From IMG/VR virus record IMGVR_UViG_3300023718_000004, positions 12,819 to 76,818 of that record: a stretch of DNA of 64,000 bases; one strand, given 5' to 3'. Below are positions 47,883 through 57,720 of the stretch, in pieces. The position numbers were made by a program, and so were the translations under genes. The notes under the pieces were generated by a model. The model did not search any database. It had not been told where the DNA came from and saw only the letters and a program-made list of their open reading frames with translations. This DNA is from a virus. The stretch's first letter is position 1. Each line of letters opens with the position of its first letter.

Positions 47883-48781
47883 TTATCCACCTCGCTTACC
47901 CTGTTTTGGATTTTCTCCATGTAGCTTTGAGGCTTGTTGCCGGATTTATCAAGATAGTTCCCTTCAAATACCTTTGCAAAGTTACCGGGCTTTAAGAACC
48001 AATCGAAAGTTATCATCCAGCCTTCTTTGTTCTGCCCTTGTAAGAAGCTGCTATGGCGAATGTTTTCAATGGCTTCTAAGATATCGTCCATATGGTTCTG
48101 ACGGATTCTGGCTTTCACTGCTTGTTCTCGTTTTGATGTCATTCTTTTTACAGGGTTAATACCAAATTCTTCCAGAGTATTCCATTCATCAATGATTCGT
48201 TGGACGTCAGTCTGACGAATAGTATCTTTAGATACTATTAAATCATTTATATCTTTTTCTTTATCTTTATCTAATTCTGTATCTAAATCTAATTCTAAAT
48301 CTTTATCTAAACCTATATCTTTATCTGAGTGCGTCTTTCGTTCGTCTATTTTGCGTCTTTTCTGCGTCTGCCTGTTTGAACGCTCTATTAGTTTGGTATC
48401 ATCAATAGAATTTCCATTTGTCAGTGAGTAACTTCCGTTATCTTTCAATAGCAGTTTCTTTTTTTCATCAGTGTATGAAGTTTCTATATATCTGTCTCTG
48501 GACAGGGTGTTGTGCATTCTCCAATGTTTAATAACGATCACGCCATCATCAAACAAGATAACAAATCTCTTGGCAATTAGAAGCTTCAAATCATCATCAT
48601 TCGCTCCTATTATTTTTTCAATCCTCTTTGGGTTTCCAATAAATCCATCATCGTCCGCTCTCATGTTTAGATGAAAATAAAGACATTGTGTTGATAACGG
48701 CATATCAAGGAAAGCATCTGTATCAACAATTTTCATTGTGAACATTCTTTTATTTGCCAATTTTGAAATTCCTTTCTCCAA
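47873..48781 (-). CDS. Replisome organizer / replication initiator (SPP1 G38P-like) with an internal origin
   Basis: N-terminal LSTQCLYFHLNMRADDDGFIGNPKRIEKIIGANDDDLKLL matches the phage replisome-organizer N-domain. The acidic DKDLELDLDTELDKDKEKD linker is encoded by the iterons. Confidence 0.7.
   Translation of the reverse strand: MEKGISKLANKRMFTMKIVDTDAFLDMPLSTQCLYFHLNMRADDDGFIGNPKRIEKIIGANDDDLKLLIAKRFVILFDDGVIVIKHWRMHNTLSRDRYIETSYTDEKKKLLLKDNGSYSLTNGNSIDDTKLIERSNRQTQKRRKIDERKTHSDKDIGLDKDLELDLDTELDKDKEKDINDLIVSKDTIRQTDVQRIIDEWNTLEEFGINPVKRMTSKREQAVKARIRQNHMDDILEAIENIRHSSFLQGQNKEGWMITFDWFLKPGNFAKVFEGNYLDKSGNKPQSYMEKIQNRVSEVDNWV
48255..48372. repeat. In-gene iteron cluster (oriL-like origin)
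   Basis: TATCTAAATCTAATTCTAAATCTTTATCTAAACC...ATCTGAGTGCGTCT...TGCGTCTTTTCTGCGTCT. Homologous to 11096-11232. Confidence 0.6.
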
Positions 48782-48803
48782 TTCCTGGATTTTTCAAAAG
48801 TGT

Positions 48804-49925
48804 TTATCTCAATTCAACTTCAATTCCATTGATTTTCAGTTCTCCATTTACCGGAACCACAAGAGATGGAACGCCGTTTATTTCTTTCAATTCAATCAGA
48901 GCAATTTTATCCGGCTGGATGCAGATTGTTGCATCTGGTGTTACAATTTTTGCAGTTTTTGAATTGTGGATATTGTCAAGTGCAGCAGGCTCATTACTGA
49001 AATACGTTTCCCAGTTTTCCTTGAAATCTGATAACTTCTCGCCTGGAACTCCGCAATATTCAAAAATCTGTTCCATTTCATCACATGATACAGTTATCAT
49101 CTCCGGGCTGTCTTTCTTCTGTTCTCTTACTTCCTGCAAAGATTCAATTAGGCTTTCAGTGAAATTGAATGTTGTGTTTCCTTCGAAATTGTCCATGATA
49201 AAATCTGAAAAGACATTGATCTCATTTCCCGGTATACGTGGAATTGGTGTGCCAAGAACGTTTTCGATGAAGTCTGGATGAATATTCTTTATGTTTTTGT
49301 TGAAATACAAAGTTCCATGAATATCAGTACTTCTGTCATTGAATACAGGGAATAAGAATCCTGTTTCTGGTCTTGAGACTACCCAATCACGAATTCTGCC
49401 TTTGATGTTATTTTCAGCCACATCATAGCTAAGCCCAGCCTTTGAAAGATTTACTGGACAAATGCTGCACAGAATGTGTTCATAAATTTCTTCTGATGCA
49501 TCGTGCATTTCGGTTCCATCAGAAGCTTTTCCTGGAATATCATATACTGCATGAATGAGAACTATGTAGTAATTTTCTGGATAATCGTAATTTTCAATCA
49601 CTTTGTCGTAAAACTCATCCAAAAGATCATCATCTTTAAGCTTACTTGCTCTGATCCGCATAAGAAATTCCTGTGTTCCACCCTCTTTTTCCTGTGCTAA
49701 TGGGAATTCAAGATTCATAAGGCTTTTTCCAAGTCTGCCAGACATGGTTTTCTTGAAAATGTCAAAATACTTAAACATTTCTTCCTCTGGAAGGGAAAGG
49801 AAAGCTTCTTTAATTTTGGTTTTCTTATTTTTTTCTGCATCCACATAACAACCGCAAATGCGTGTGATTGCACAATTCGCCGGTGTAAACTGCTTCTTGA
49901 TCTCTGTGATTTCTTTCTTATTCAT
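48804..49925 (-). CDS. Large hypothetical protein (DUF4317-like?)
   Basis: Start MNKKEITEIKKQF with an AAAGGATGG RBS. 374 aa. Family call is from memory and low confidence. Confidence 0.35.
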   Translation of the reverse strand: MNKKEITEIKKQFTPANCAITRICGCYVDAEKNKKTKIKEAFLSLPEEEMFKYFDIFKKTMSGRLGKSLMNLEFPLAQEKEGGTQEFLMRIRASKLKDDDLLDEFYDKVIENYDYPENYYIVLIHAVYDIPGKASDGTEMHDASEEIYEHILCSICPVNLSKAGLSYDVAENNIKGRIRDWVVSRPETGFLFPVFNDRSTDIHGTLYFNKNIKNIHPDFIENVLGTPIPRIPGNEINVFSDFIMDNFEGNTTFNFTESLIESLQEVREQKKDSPEMITVSCDEMEQIFEYCGVPGEKLSDFKENWETYFSNEPAALDNIHNSKTAKIVTPDATICIQPDKIALIELKEINGVPSLVVPVNGELKINGIEVELR

Positions 49926-50190
49926 TTTTTTCCATCCTTTCTGCTTCTCTTGCCTGTTTCTTCTCAATCCACTTATTAATTTTATCTTCGGAAATCATAT
50001 ACATTTGCTTTAGCATTTCGATGCAGATCAACACATCTGCAATTTCTTTTATCATGTTATCACGGTCGATTTTCCACGTTTTTCCTTACTGATTGCTTGT
50101 ATAAGTTCCGCGCATTCCTCCATGCAGACGGTTGCCTGAATTTCTTCTCCGTAATGGTCAACGCTTCTAGCAATAACGCTTTCGTCAATG

Positions 50191-50478
50191 TTATATGTCA
50201 TTTTCTTCGCTCCAATCCAGTTTCTGCCCACACCTAGTACAGTATTTACCAACAATATCTATGTTGTAATTACAATTTGGGCAGTTACCGTAAGCACCAA
50301 CTTTTATTTTTTTACCTATCCCGAAGTCCATGTATATTTCACATAAGTTGTCTACTTTCTTCGGAATCTGCTTTTCAAGCGCCTTAATAGCTTTTTGTCT
50401 AGTTTCTAAATCAACCATAACTAACCCGTCTGGAAGTTCTGGGTATCTTAATTTTTTTAATGCTTCTTCTGGTTTCAT
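50191..50478 (-). CDS. Zinc-ribbon protein
   Basis: Start MKPEEALKK with an AGGAGG RBS. C-terminal CPNCNY...CTRCGQ. Confidence 0.35.
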   Translation of the reverse strand: MKPEEALKKLRYPELPDGLVMVDLETRQKAIKALEKQIPKKVDNLCEIYMDFGIGKKIKVGAYGNCPNCNYNIDIVGKYCTRCGQKLDWSEENDI

Positions 50479-50747
50479 ATTAATCCTCCTAATGATTGTT
50501 TTTCTTGGAGAAATCATAGTCAATAAACAGTGTTTCCTTTTTGCCACATTTCTTACATACCAATTTGGTTTCCCCATTTCTGCACCAATGCCATTCAATT
50601 TCATATACATGTGGTTTACAAAGACATTTAATCTTGCAGCCATTCTTGCGCCATCTGTTGAATTTGTTGATTATTGTGCAGAACAATCCGTAAATAATAA
50701 CACCAGCTACGCACGTTCCCAACGCCATAAGAATTTCTTTTATCGCT

Positions 50748-51236
50748 TCAATCATTCTTCATCTCCTCCAGCTGTTTTACTGCTTTTCTACAATCTCTAT
50801 TTGCAGACCGGAACATCATCAAAAGTATTTCAGACACAGGTCTTGTCCGATTTCTTCGCTTTGCTTTTTTGATGCATGTAAGATCATTTGCTTCTGGTAC
50901 ATATATTCCTACATAATGTGGAATTTCAAGGGATACCGCAGCACATGTATCTGTTGGCATAACCAGGTAGTTATAATCGCCAATAAAATTCAACCCATGA
51001 CCAGAACGAAAATCTTCAGCTGATGATTTAATCTCATAACAATAGCAGTCACCTTTTTCTATCCCGGACACACTATTATTTGCTGGCACGAACCGCATAT
51101 AATCCACTCTGACCGCATGATCTGTCGAATAATCAAATGTAACTTCCTTAGCCCAATAAATACGTGGATCATTGTGAGGATTGATTTTCTTTTCGATCAT
51201 TGCTGATAGTTCTGCTGTAATCTCAGGTCTTGTCAT
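50748..51236 (-). CDS. Putative PD-(D/E)xK-like nuclease-fold protein
   Basis: VDYMRF...GDCYCYEIKSS resembles a D...E.K motif. Weak. Confidence 0.3.
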   Translation of the reverse strand: MTRPEITAELSAMIEKKINPHNDPRIYWAKEVTFDYSTDHAVRVDYMRFVPANNSVSGIEKGDCYCYEIKSSAEDFRSGHGLNFIGDYNYLVMPTDTCAAVSLEIPHYVGIYVPEANDLTCIKKAKRRNRTRPVSEILLMMFRSANRDCRKAVKQLEEMKND

Positions 51237-51478
51237 TTCTTCATCTCCTCCAGCTTCTTCTCGGCTTCTTCACGAGTGAGGAACCATGTTTTTCCGTATT
51301 CTACGTCAACACAAATAACGTTTGGGGCATAAATACTGTCTTTATCACACTGTACAAGCCAACCACTTTGTGAAAATACAATGCTGTAAACTTTTTGATG
51401 ATACACTCTGTTATTTACTTTATATCCATTCAGCCCATTTACCATTATCAATCCGCTTTGCCTTAAAAAGAATTTCTC

Positions 51479-51733
51479 TCATTCAACTCCACCACCTTCT
51501 AAGATTCTAATAGCGTAATCTATAGCTCTGTTCCACTCCAAGTCCTCATCATTGGAAACAACACGAAATCTGTTCATAAGCGATTCCGTAACTTTTTCCG
51601 CATCAAAAGCTGTCGGCTGATTGTCAATTACTTTAGCAAGTTCACTCAATGACACACATTTGAAAAAATCTTCAAATTCGCCTGTGCACTTGCAGTTTTT
51701 CTTTAATAAGTCTGCATCTATTAATCTACCCAT
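51479..51733 (-). CDS. Small protein, tandem paralog A
   Basis: MGRLIDADLLKK...QPTAFDAEKV, paralogous to the next gene. Confidence 0.4.
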   Translation of the reverse strand: MGRLIDADLLKKNCKCTGEFEDFFKCVSLSELAKVIDNQPTAFDAEKVTESLMNRFRVVSNDEDLEWNRAIDYAIRILEGGGVE

Positions 51734-51991
51734 TCAATTTCCACCACCTTTCACGATTTCTATCGCCCTGCTCAACCCAGCATTGTATCCTTGATGTACA
51801 TCAGATAAGATACATTCCGATTCAATGAATTTATCTCTTTTCAACTCACCAACAACCTTGTCCACATCAAAAGCTGTCGGTTGCTCGTCCACAATATGTA
51901 TATATCTGTCTATAATATTCTGTATTGGTTCTCCTAAAATATTTTGAAGCAGTATATCTTTTTTTAATTTATCTGCGTCGATTAACCGCAT
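51734..51991 (-). CDS. Small protein, tandem paralog B
   Basis: MRLIDADKLKK...QPTAFDVDKV. Confidence 0.4.
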   Translation of the reverse strand: MRLIDADKLKKDILLQNILGEPIQNIIDRYIHIVDEQPTAFDVDKVVGELKRDKFIESECILSDVHQGYNAGLSRAIEIVKGGGN

Positions 51992-51994
51992 TCC

Positions 51995-52387
51995 TTAATC
52001 CTCCTTATACGGTTCTGGAAGTGGTCGCCATGCCGTAATATCAATCCAATCATAATTGCTATCAAGATAATATCCGTCACAATCAATGAAGCACGTATCT
52101 TGCCATGTTGTTTCTCCGTTAGTAACCAATATTTCTTGTCCGTCATCTGGCATTTTGCAGTCAAGCATATACTGTATATCAGTTGATATGGATTCTTCCG
52201 CACGTTCTTTTTCTGATATCTGATGATATTTTACCGGAATCCACCCATTTTCTTTCTCGTCCTGTTCCAGATCGTCCAGAAGACTATTTACGATATCCAG
52301 CGCACTCCCTGGAAGCCCATGCTTATACTGCGATTTCTTTTCTATCTCAGCTTTGTATTGCTCTAATCTGGTTCGTACTCTGCTCAT
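51995..52387 (-). CDS. Hypothetical protein
   Basis: 130-aa ORF. Confidence 0.3.
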   Translation of the reverse strand: MSRVRTRLEQYKAEIEKKSQYKHGLPGSALDIVNSLLDDLEQDEKENGWIPVKYHQISEKERAEESISTDIQYMLDCKMPDDGQEILVTNGETTWQDTCFIDCDGYYLDSNYDWIDITAWRPLPEPYKED

Positions 52388-52719
52388 GCTTCCACCTCAC
52401 TATCCTCTGGCATCTGGAACGTCATTCCTTTTTTGAGCATTTCTCCAAGTTCTCCCGCATGTGCTTTGTTTTCTTCCGTTTTTGGCTTCATACTTAATAT
52501 CCTACATACTTCTGGAATTACATATTTTGTGTATTCCGAATCTCCATAAGCTTCCTGAATCATATCCAGTACTTTTATGGCTTTTTCTTTGGTGGAATAA
52601 TGACCAATTGGGCACACACAATCCGTTATATTAAACCCTTGTGCACATTCCCAGAATCGCAGCTCTCGTGTATTGTTAAGACTGATCAATCGGCTTTTAT
52701 CATGGCTTCCGATTAACAT
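52384..52719 (-). CDS. Hypothetical protein
   Basis: 111-aa ORF. Confidence 0.3.
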   Translation of the reverse strand: MLIGSHDKSRLISLNNTRELRFWECAQGFNITDCVCPIGHYSTKEKAIKVLDMIQEAYGDSEYTKYVIPEVCRILSMKPKTEENKAHAGELGEMLKKGMTFQMPEDSEVEA

Positions 52720-52731
52720 TTTGTGTCCTCC

Positions 52732-53295
52732 TTATTCGATAAAACTCGTTCCGCACTGACAATGATAACTAATATGTCCGTTATATTTGCTTACGTTCGC
52801 TGTTACCTTTCTACCGCATGAAAAGCAAGTTACCTCTTTCGTCAGCGCCTTTTCGTATTCTTCTACTTCTTTATCTTGAATGAATCTCTGACCGCACCAG
52901 TGGCACTGCTTAGTGCTATATGGCATTTCTCCACAAATAGGACATTCTGGAATTATTCCGTAACCATCATTTATGATAGGGAGTTTGATTGGTTCTCGCT
53001 TTGAATAGATGTTCCAGAGTTCTTTTCTGCGGTTTTCTCCGTCTTGCTCTATTAAAGCCTTGTACTTCTCTTCCTCTTCTTTGTCCCAGTAAATGACACA
53101 GGCTTTGTCTTCTGGTGAAATGTCTTTGGTGTACGGCTGTGTCGTGCAATGATAGCCTGTTTCGCCCTTCCTTTTTCTTGACTGACATCTCATGCAGCCA
53201 CCGCATTTTTTATCCATCAATTCTTCTGGATAAATGCTTGTGCTGGAACGCCTTTCTCTTTCTGGCATTCCGTCACTGAATTTAATTTCGCTCAT
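52732..53295 (-). CDS. Multi-zinc-ribbon protein
   Basis: Several CxxC pairs (CGGCMRC, CPICGE, CHWCGQ, CFSCGR, CQCG). Confidence 0.4.
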   Translation of the reverse strand: MSEIKFSDGMPERERRSSTSIYPEELMDKKCGGCMRCQSRKRKGETGYHCTTQPYTKDISPEDKACVIYWDKEEEEKYKALIEQDGENRRKELWNIYSKREPIKLPIINDGYGIIPECPICGEMPYSTKQCHWCGQRFIQDKEVEEYEKALTKEVTCFSCGRKVTANVSKYNGHISYHCQCGTSFIE

Positions 53296-53375
53296 TTTTC
53301 ATCCTCACTTTCCTAATGTAAGCAACTGACACGCTATTGTGCAGTCCTCCATGATTTCTGTGTTAATTCACTACA

Positions 53376-54287
53376 TTAACCTTTATAATCTTCAAATCGT
53401 TCACATGTATTGAAAATAAATCTTGAATTGCACCATCTCTGCATTCTTTTCAGCGGATCACGCTTCTTTAATTTGTATTTTTCATAAATCATCACATAGG
53501 GCGAAAAACCAATATCTCGAATCGTGTATATTCTTTCTAAGTCTTGTTCTATTGTCGTATTAAATCCACATAAAACGTATACTACGACTTTCGACCTGTT
53601 CCATCCTGTAAATTCTTTAAATGTTCTCAATTTAGGAACGATGAAATCTTTATCTTCGTATCTATCCCACGCAAAATGTATTAGCTTAATTTTCATTTGC
53701 TTAATGTATTCTGCTTTTTCCTCGGTCATAATCCGAATGTCGCAGCCCTGCGAAAAATCTATCCATGCCTTGCTATCTATTAACTGCCGGCTTGAATCTT
53801 TCCAGTCTTTACAAGCAAACATGTTTGGATCAAGCAAAACAATATTCTTTTGTCCGTTCCAAAATTCGGATAAATCTGCTACTTTACAGCTTTTCTTTCC
53901 CTCTTTGTCCTTTACGATACAAAAATCACATCCTCTAGGGCATCCTCTTGTAAGAAAGCCATAAGCGGTATCTTTGCATAATTCTGGATAAAGACTATAA
54001 TCGGGATAAATGTGTTCAATTTCATCCGGTAATGACTCCCCACCAGACGGATATTCATATCCCGTGCCACCTTTTATGATTTTTGTTGCACATACAGAAT
54101 GCGGATAATCCGGCGTAAACGTAAATACCTTGCTCATATACACCTTATCTGGTGGATTTATCCATGCTGTTAATGGTTCGTACCACTCAACAGAATCGCC
54201 GTTCTTTTTATGCCATGCCGACAGCTTCATTAGTGCAAGATTTGGAAAATTATGACCATCTACATCAATTAACGCAACACGCACCAT
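53376..54287 (-). CDS. Radical SAM domain protein (phage Gp37/Gp68-like)
   Basis: CPRGCDFC fits the CxxxCxxC radical-SAM cluster motif. 303 aa. Confidence 0.5.
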   Translation of the reverse strand: MVRVALIDVDGHNFPNLALMKLSAWHKKNGDSVEWYEPLTAWINPPDKVYMSKVFTFTPDYPHSVCATKIIKGGTGYEYPSGGESLPDEIEHIYPDYSLYPELCKDTAYGFLTRGCPRGCDFCIVKDKEGKKSCKVADLSEFWNGQKNIVLLDPNMFACKDWKDSSRQLIDSKAWIDFSQGCDIRIMTEEKAEYIKQMKIKLIHFAWDRYEDKDFIVPKLRTFKEFTGWNRSKVVVYVLCGFNTTIEQDLERIYTIRDIGFSPYVMIYEKYKLKKRDPLKRMQRWCNSRFIFNTCERFEDYKG

Positions 54288-54344
54288 TTTCTCCTTTCTA
54301 TTTGACCTTTAGATAAGTGTTATTCCTTTCTTTTAACCATTTAT

Positions 54345-54731
54345 TTACGCTCCAAATCTTCTGACCAATTCTTTGGTTTCTTCTGGAAATCTAATTTTCG
54401 TCTTCTCTTCGATTTCCTCCATCATGCTCATAAAGCTTCTCTCTCCGCTATTTGCCATCCTCACATACTCGTTAGTAAGATGAACTACATCCAAAAGCCT
54501 GTCTGTTGAAAACTTATGTTTCTTGTTCAAAGCCATCATAATTGTTACAGTATTGACTACGGTCGCCCAATTATCGCCAGTATCAAAGCCGTCGTTGTAG
54601 GCTTGATCCCGCATTTCCTGTAGTTCCTTGTACGATTGCTTCATTGCTCTTCCGAATGCCTGTGACATTTGATTATCGCATTCCAACACCCTATTTTTCT
54701 TTGGCGCTTTCATCTTTAATTTGCTTCCCAT
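54345..54731 (-). CDS. Hypothetical protein
   Basis: 128-aa ORF. Confidence 0.3.
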   Translation of the reverse strand: MGSKLKMKAPKKNRVLECDNQMSQAFGRAMKQSYKELQEMRDQAYNDGFDTGDNWATVVNTVTIMMALNKKHKFSTDRLLDVVHLTNEYVRMANSGERSFMSMMEEIEEKTKIRFPEETKELVRRFGA

Positions 54732-54990
54732 ATTTTTCCCTTTCGTATCTGTATTCCGTCAAACGGTATGCTCTCGATATTCCCGGATGTTCTGTGGCAA
54801 TCAGAGAATCCATCTCCAATTGCCGCATATGTCTCTGGACGGTACATTTTGTAAGGTCTGTTCCATCCATGATTTCTTCATAAGAAGGCATATATCCGTG
54901 TTTCTCAAAATACTTGACAAGAAATCTGTAAATATCATTTCTGGCAGATTGTCCCTCATTATATTTTCTCTGACGGTAATTCATAGGCAA
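54691..54990 (-). CDS. Winged-helix DNA-binding protein (LexA-N-like)
   Basis: IYRFLVKYFEKHGYMPSYEEIMDGTDLTKCTVQRHMRQLE resembles a LexA-type DNA-binding domain. Confidence 0.45.
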   Translation of the reverse strand: MPMNYRQRKYNEGQSARNDIYRFLVKYFEKHGYMPSYEEIMDGTDLTKCTVQRHMRQLEMDSLIATEHPGISRAYRLTEYRYEREKYGKQIKDESAKEK

Positions 54991-55289
54991 AACGGCTCTT
55001 CTGCCGCAGTATTACTTTTTTCTGCACGCATTTTATTTAATCTTTCCGCAGCTTTCTTTTTCGTTTCGTCGGAATATTTTCTTGGTGGATTGATTTTAAT
55101 GTAGGAATAAGGCAAGTGGGCGAAAATAGATCCATCGTTATTTCTGGCAATAATTTTCACATCTTCTGGAAATTCCTTTTCTAATTCCTCGCATCTGTTC
55201 TTCCAGGCACTTCCATTCTTGGCAGTAAGCCCTACATAATCTCTTCCGGGAATCCACTCAATAACACATTCATTGGTATTCTCTGCCAT
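54981..55289 (-). CDS. Hypothetical protein
   Basis: 102-aa ORF. Confidence 0.3.
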   Translation of the reverse strand: MAENTNECVIEWIPGRDYVGLTAKNGSAWKNRCEELEKEFPEDVKIIARNNDGSIFAHLPYSYIKINPPRKYSDETKKKAAERLNKMRAEKSNTAAEEPFCL

Positions 55290-55343
55290 GTAATCACTCT
55301 CCTTTTAAATAATCAAAGATTGATATTTGCTGATAACATTGTT

Positions 55344-56249
55344 TTACGATAAAAAATCCTCAATACTCATTTGTCCTACCGGGCAATCCATTACATTTCC
55401 ATTCAGTGCTTCTTCTACATTTGCTTTCATTTGTTTAAAATAGCTTTCTTTAAGTTCACATGAGATTGCTCTTCTTCCAAGTGTTAAAGACACAAATGGG
55501 GTGGAACCGATACCACCGAATGGGTCAAAAATTATATCTCCTGGATTGCTCCATAATTCAATGCAGCGCTGAATAACTTCCAGCTGCAAAGGGCAAATAT
55601 GACGTTCGTCCTTATCTTCTCGTGCAGATTTTTTCTGTAATGTATCGCTCTGCCTAATGTCCATCCATACTGGACTTGCGTAGTTTTGCCACACATCAAC
55701 AGGAAAAGTCTCGTGTGTATGCGAAATTCGTTCTGGATTTTCTCCTGGCTTTCTCATTGTGACAATATAATCCGGGATTCCCTGCCTGTTCATTGCACTA
55801 TCTTTTCTAATCTGCTTATGCAGCAGTCCCAATGCTTTTGTTCTTTGCATTTCAGTTACTGGATTTTTCCAGATGGTAACCTTACTATGGTAAATAAATC
55901 CGCAATCTTCAAAAATCTGTCGCATGATTGCTGGAAAGTCTTTCAAGCCAATCACGCCGTCACGCTCTTTCATAAGCGGCAAGTCCATACAATGAAAACT
56001 AAGTAATCTTCCGGGCATTGTTATTCGATACAGTTCTTTTGCCAGATAGATAAAATGGTTGTAAAATTCATCATCTCCCTTACTATTCCCCATATCCCGG
56101 TCACTGTTACTGTATGTATACAAGCTAGAAAATGGTGGTGAAAATACTGTATAATGAATACTTTCGTCCGGGATTTCTTTTGTGATTTCGCAAGAATCGC
56201 CGTTGTATATTGCGTATTTTTCTTTAACAACCTGGTCTAAAACATTCAT
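55344..56249 (-). CDS. DNA methyltransferase (N6-adenine/N4-cytosine type), orphan
   Basis: Start MNVLDQ with a GGGAGG RBS. SPPF (DPPY-like motif IV) and FDPFGGIGST (motif I, SAM binding). No adjacent restriction endonuclease. Confidence 0.75.
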   Translation of the reverse strand: MNVLDQVVKEKYAIYNGDSCEITKEIPDESIHYTVFSPPFSSLYTYSNSDRDMGNSKGDDEFYNHFIYLAKELYRITMPGRLLSFHCMDLPLMKERDGVIGLKDFPAIMRQIFEDCGFIYHSKVTIWKNPVTEMQRTKALGLLHKQIRKDSAMNRQGIPDYIVTMRKPGENPERISHTHETFPVDVWQNYASPVWMDIRQSDTLQKKSAREDKDERHICPLQLEVIQRCIELWSNPGDIIFDPFGGIGSTPFVSLTLGRRAISCELKESYFKQMKANVEEALNGNVMDCPVGQMSIEDFLS

Positions 56250-57613
56250 GCTGTAAATTCCTCCCAATCTGGCAATTTCATTTCTTTTGTTGGCTCATAA
56301 GGCGTACTTATACGGCAAGTGCTTTTAAGCTCTTTTTTTGTTATTTCCTTTGTTAATTCTGTCATTTCAGACTGCATTTTCTGGAAATCACATTGCTTCC
56401 TTTCAATATTTTCCTTTACGCAGCCTTCCTTCGCGGAAATAATAATGTAAACATTCACAGGCTTCTCTTGCCCGAACCGCCAACACCGTCTGACTGCTTG
56501 GTAATACTGCTCATAGCTATCTGAAAGTCCAGTAAATATCATATTGTGGCAATTCTGCCAGTTCATGCCGAACCCTGCAATTTTGGGCTTTGTGATAAGG
56601 CATTTGACCGTTCCATCAGAAAACGCCAACATAGAGTTGCTTTTATATTCTGATTTATCAGAGCCTTTTACTTCCACGGATTCAGATATCAGTTCGCTTA
56701 ATCTTGCTGATTCGTCATTTAAATCACACCATACAAGCCATTTCTCATTTGAACTATTTACAAGTTTCGCAGCTTTTTTACATCTAAGTTCAAGACTTTC
56801 CTTTCTGGCTTCTCTTCGTTCTGTAAGTGTTAATGATTCTTTTATCGGCTCATTTCCGTCTACAATAATTTCGTTAATGTTAAGTTTCGGAAGATCGTAG
56901 CCAGATACTTGATACCCGATATTTGCTGGGTTATCTACAAATACACTGAATGTTGCCAGCCATTGCCAGAATACATCTGTTGCATGCCCCTTTAATCTCC
57001 ATTTAGATGTTTGTCCACCGTCATGCACAAAGAACATTGATAACATTTCCGACCGTGTCATAACGCCGCAAAATTCGCTGTGATTTCCTATTTCCATATA
57101 GTCATTGGGGGCTGGTGTTGCAGTACAAGCCAACTTATAAGGAACTGAATGAAAATTCTGAATAATTGCTGTTCTGACTTTTCCAGAATAAGATTTAAGA
57201 ATACTACTTTCGTCAAGTACAACTCCCACAAATTCATTTGCAACAAATTTATCCATTTTTTCATAATTGGTAATATTAATACCGCTGATACATTCAGATT
57301 GGCTTTCCACAACTTTTGCAGTATAACCAAATTTTTCAGCTTCACGCTTCGTTTGATCCGCCACAGCCAACGGTGCAAGAATAAGAACCATTCCACCAGC
57401 GTGTGTGCAAACTTGATGTGCCCACGAAAGTTGCATTGGTGTTTTTCCTAAACCGCAATCAGCAAATATGCAGGCTTTTCCTTTCTTTAAAGCCCATCTC
57501 ACAATGTCTTTTTGAAATTCATACAACATTGGATTTAATTCCGATTTATCAATATCAAACCCACTGCTTTCAAGAACAAATCGTTTGCTCTTTAAAAAAT
57601 CTTCATAATTCAT
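56246..57613 (-). CDS. SNF2/DEAD-like helicase
   Basis: DCGLGKT Walker A and VVLDESS (DExx) motif II. 455 aa. Overlaps the methyltransferase start. Confidence 0.7.
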   Translation of the reverse strand: MNYEDFLKSKRFVLESSGFDIDKSELNPMLYEFQKDIVRWALKKGKACIFADCGLGKTPMQLSWAHQVCTHAGGMVLILAPLAVADQTKREAEKFGYTAKVVESQSECISGINITNYEKMDKFVANEFVGVVLDESSILKSYSGKVRTAIIQNFHSVPYKLACTATPAPNDYMEIGNHSEFCGVMTRSEMLSMFFVHDGGQTSKWRLKGHATDVFWQWLATFSVFVDNPANIGYQVSGYDLPKLNINEIIVDGNEPIKESLTLTERREARKESLELRCKKAAKLVNSSNEKWLVWCDLNDESARLSELISESVEVKGSDKSEYKSNSMLAFSDGTVKCLITKPKIAGFGMNWQNCHNMIFTGLSDSYEQYYQAVRRCWRFGQEKPVNVYIIISAKEGCVKENIERKQCDFQKMQSEMTELTKEITKKELKSTCRISTPYEPTKEMKLPDWEEFTA

Positions 57614-57720
57614 TTTTAAAAGAAGCCCGGTGCACCCTTACGTCAGCTGAAGGCAAGCTCCTTTCATTTTTTATTTTTTATCTTTGGAATTTAGCCAGTA
57701 GAACTACTGGTGTGTTAGAA

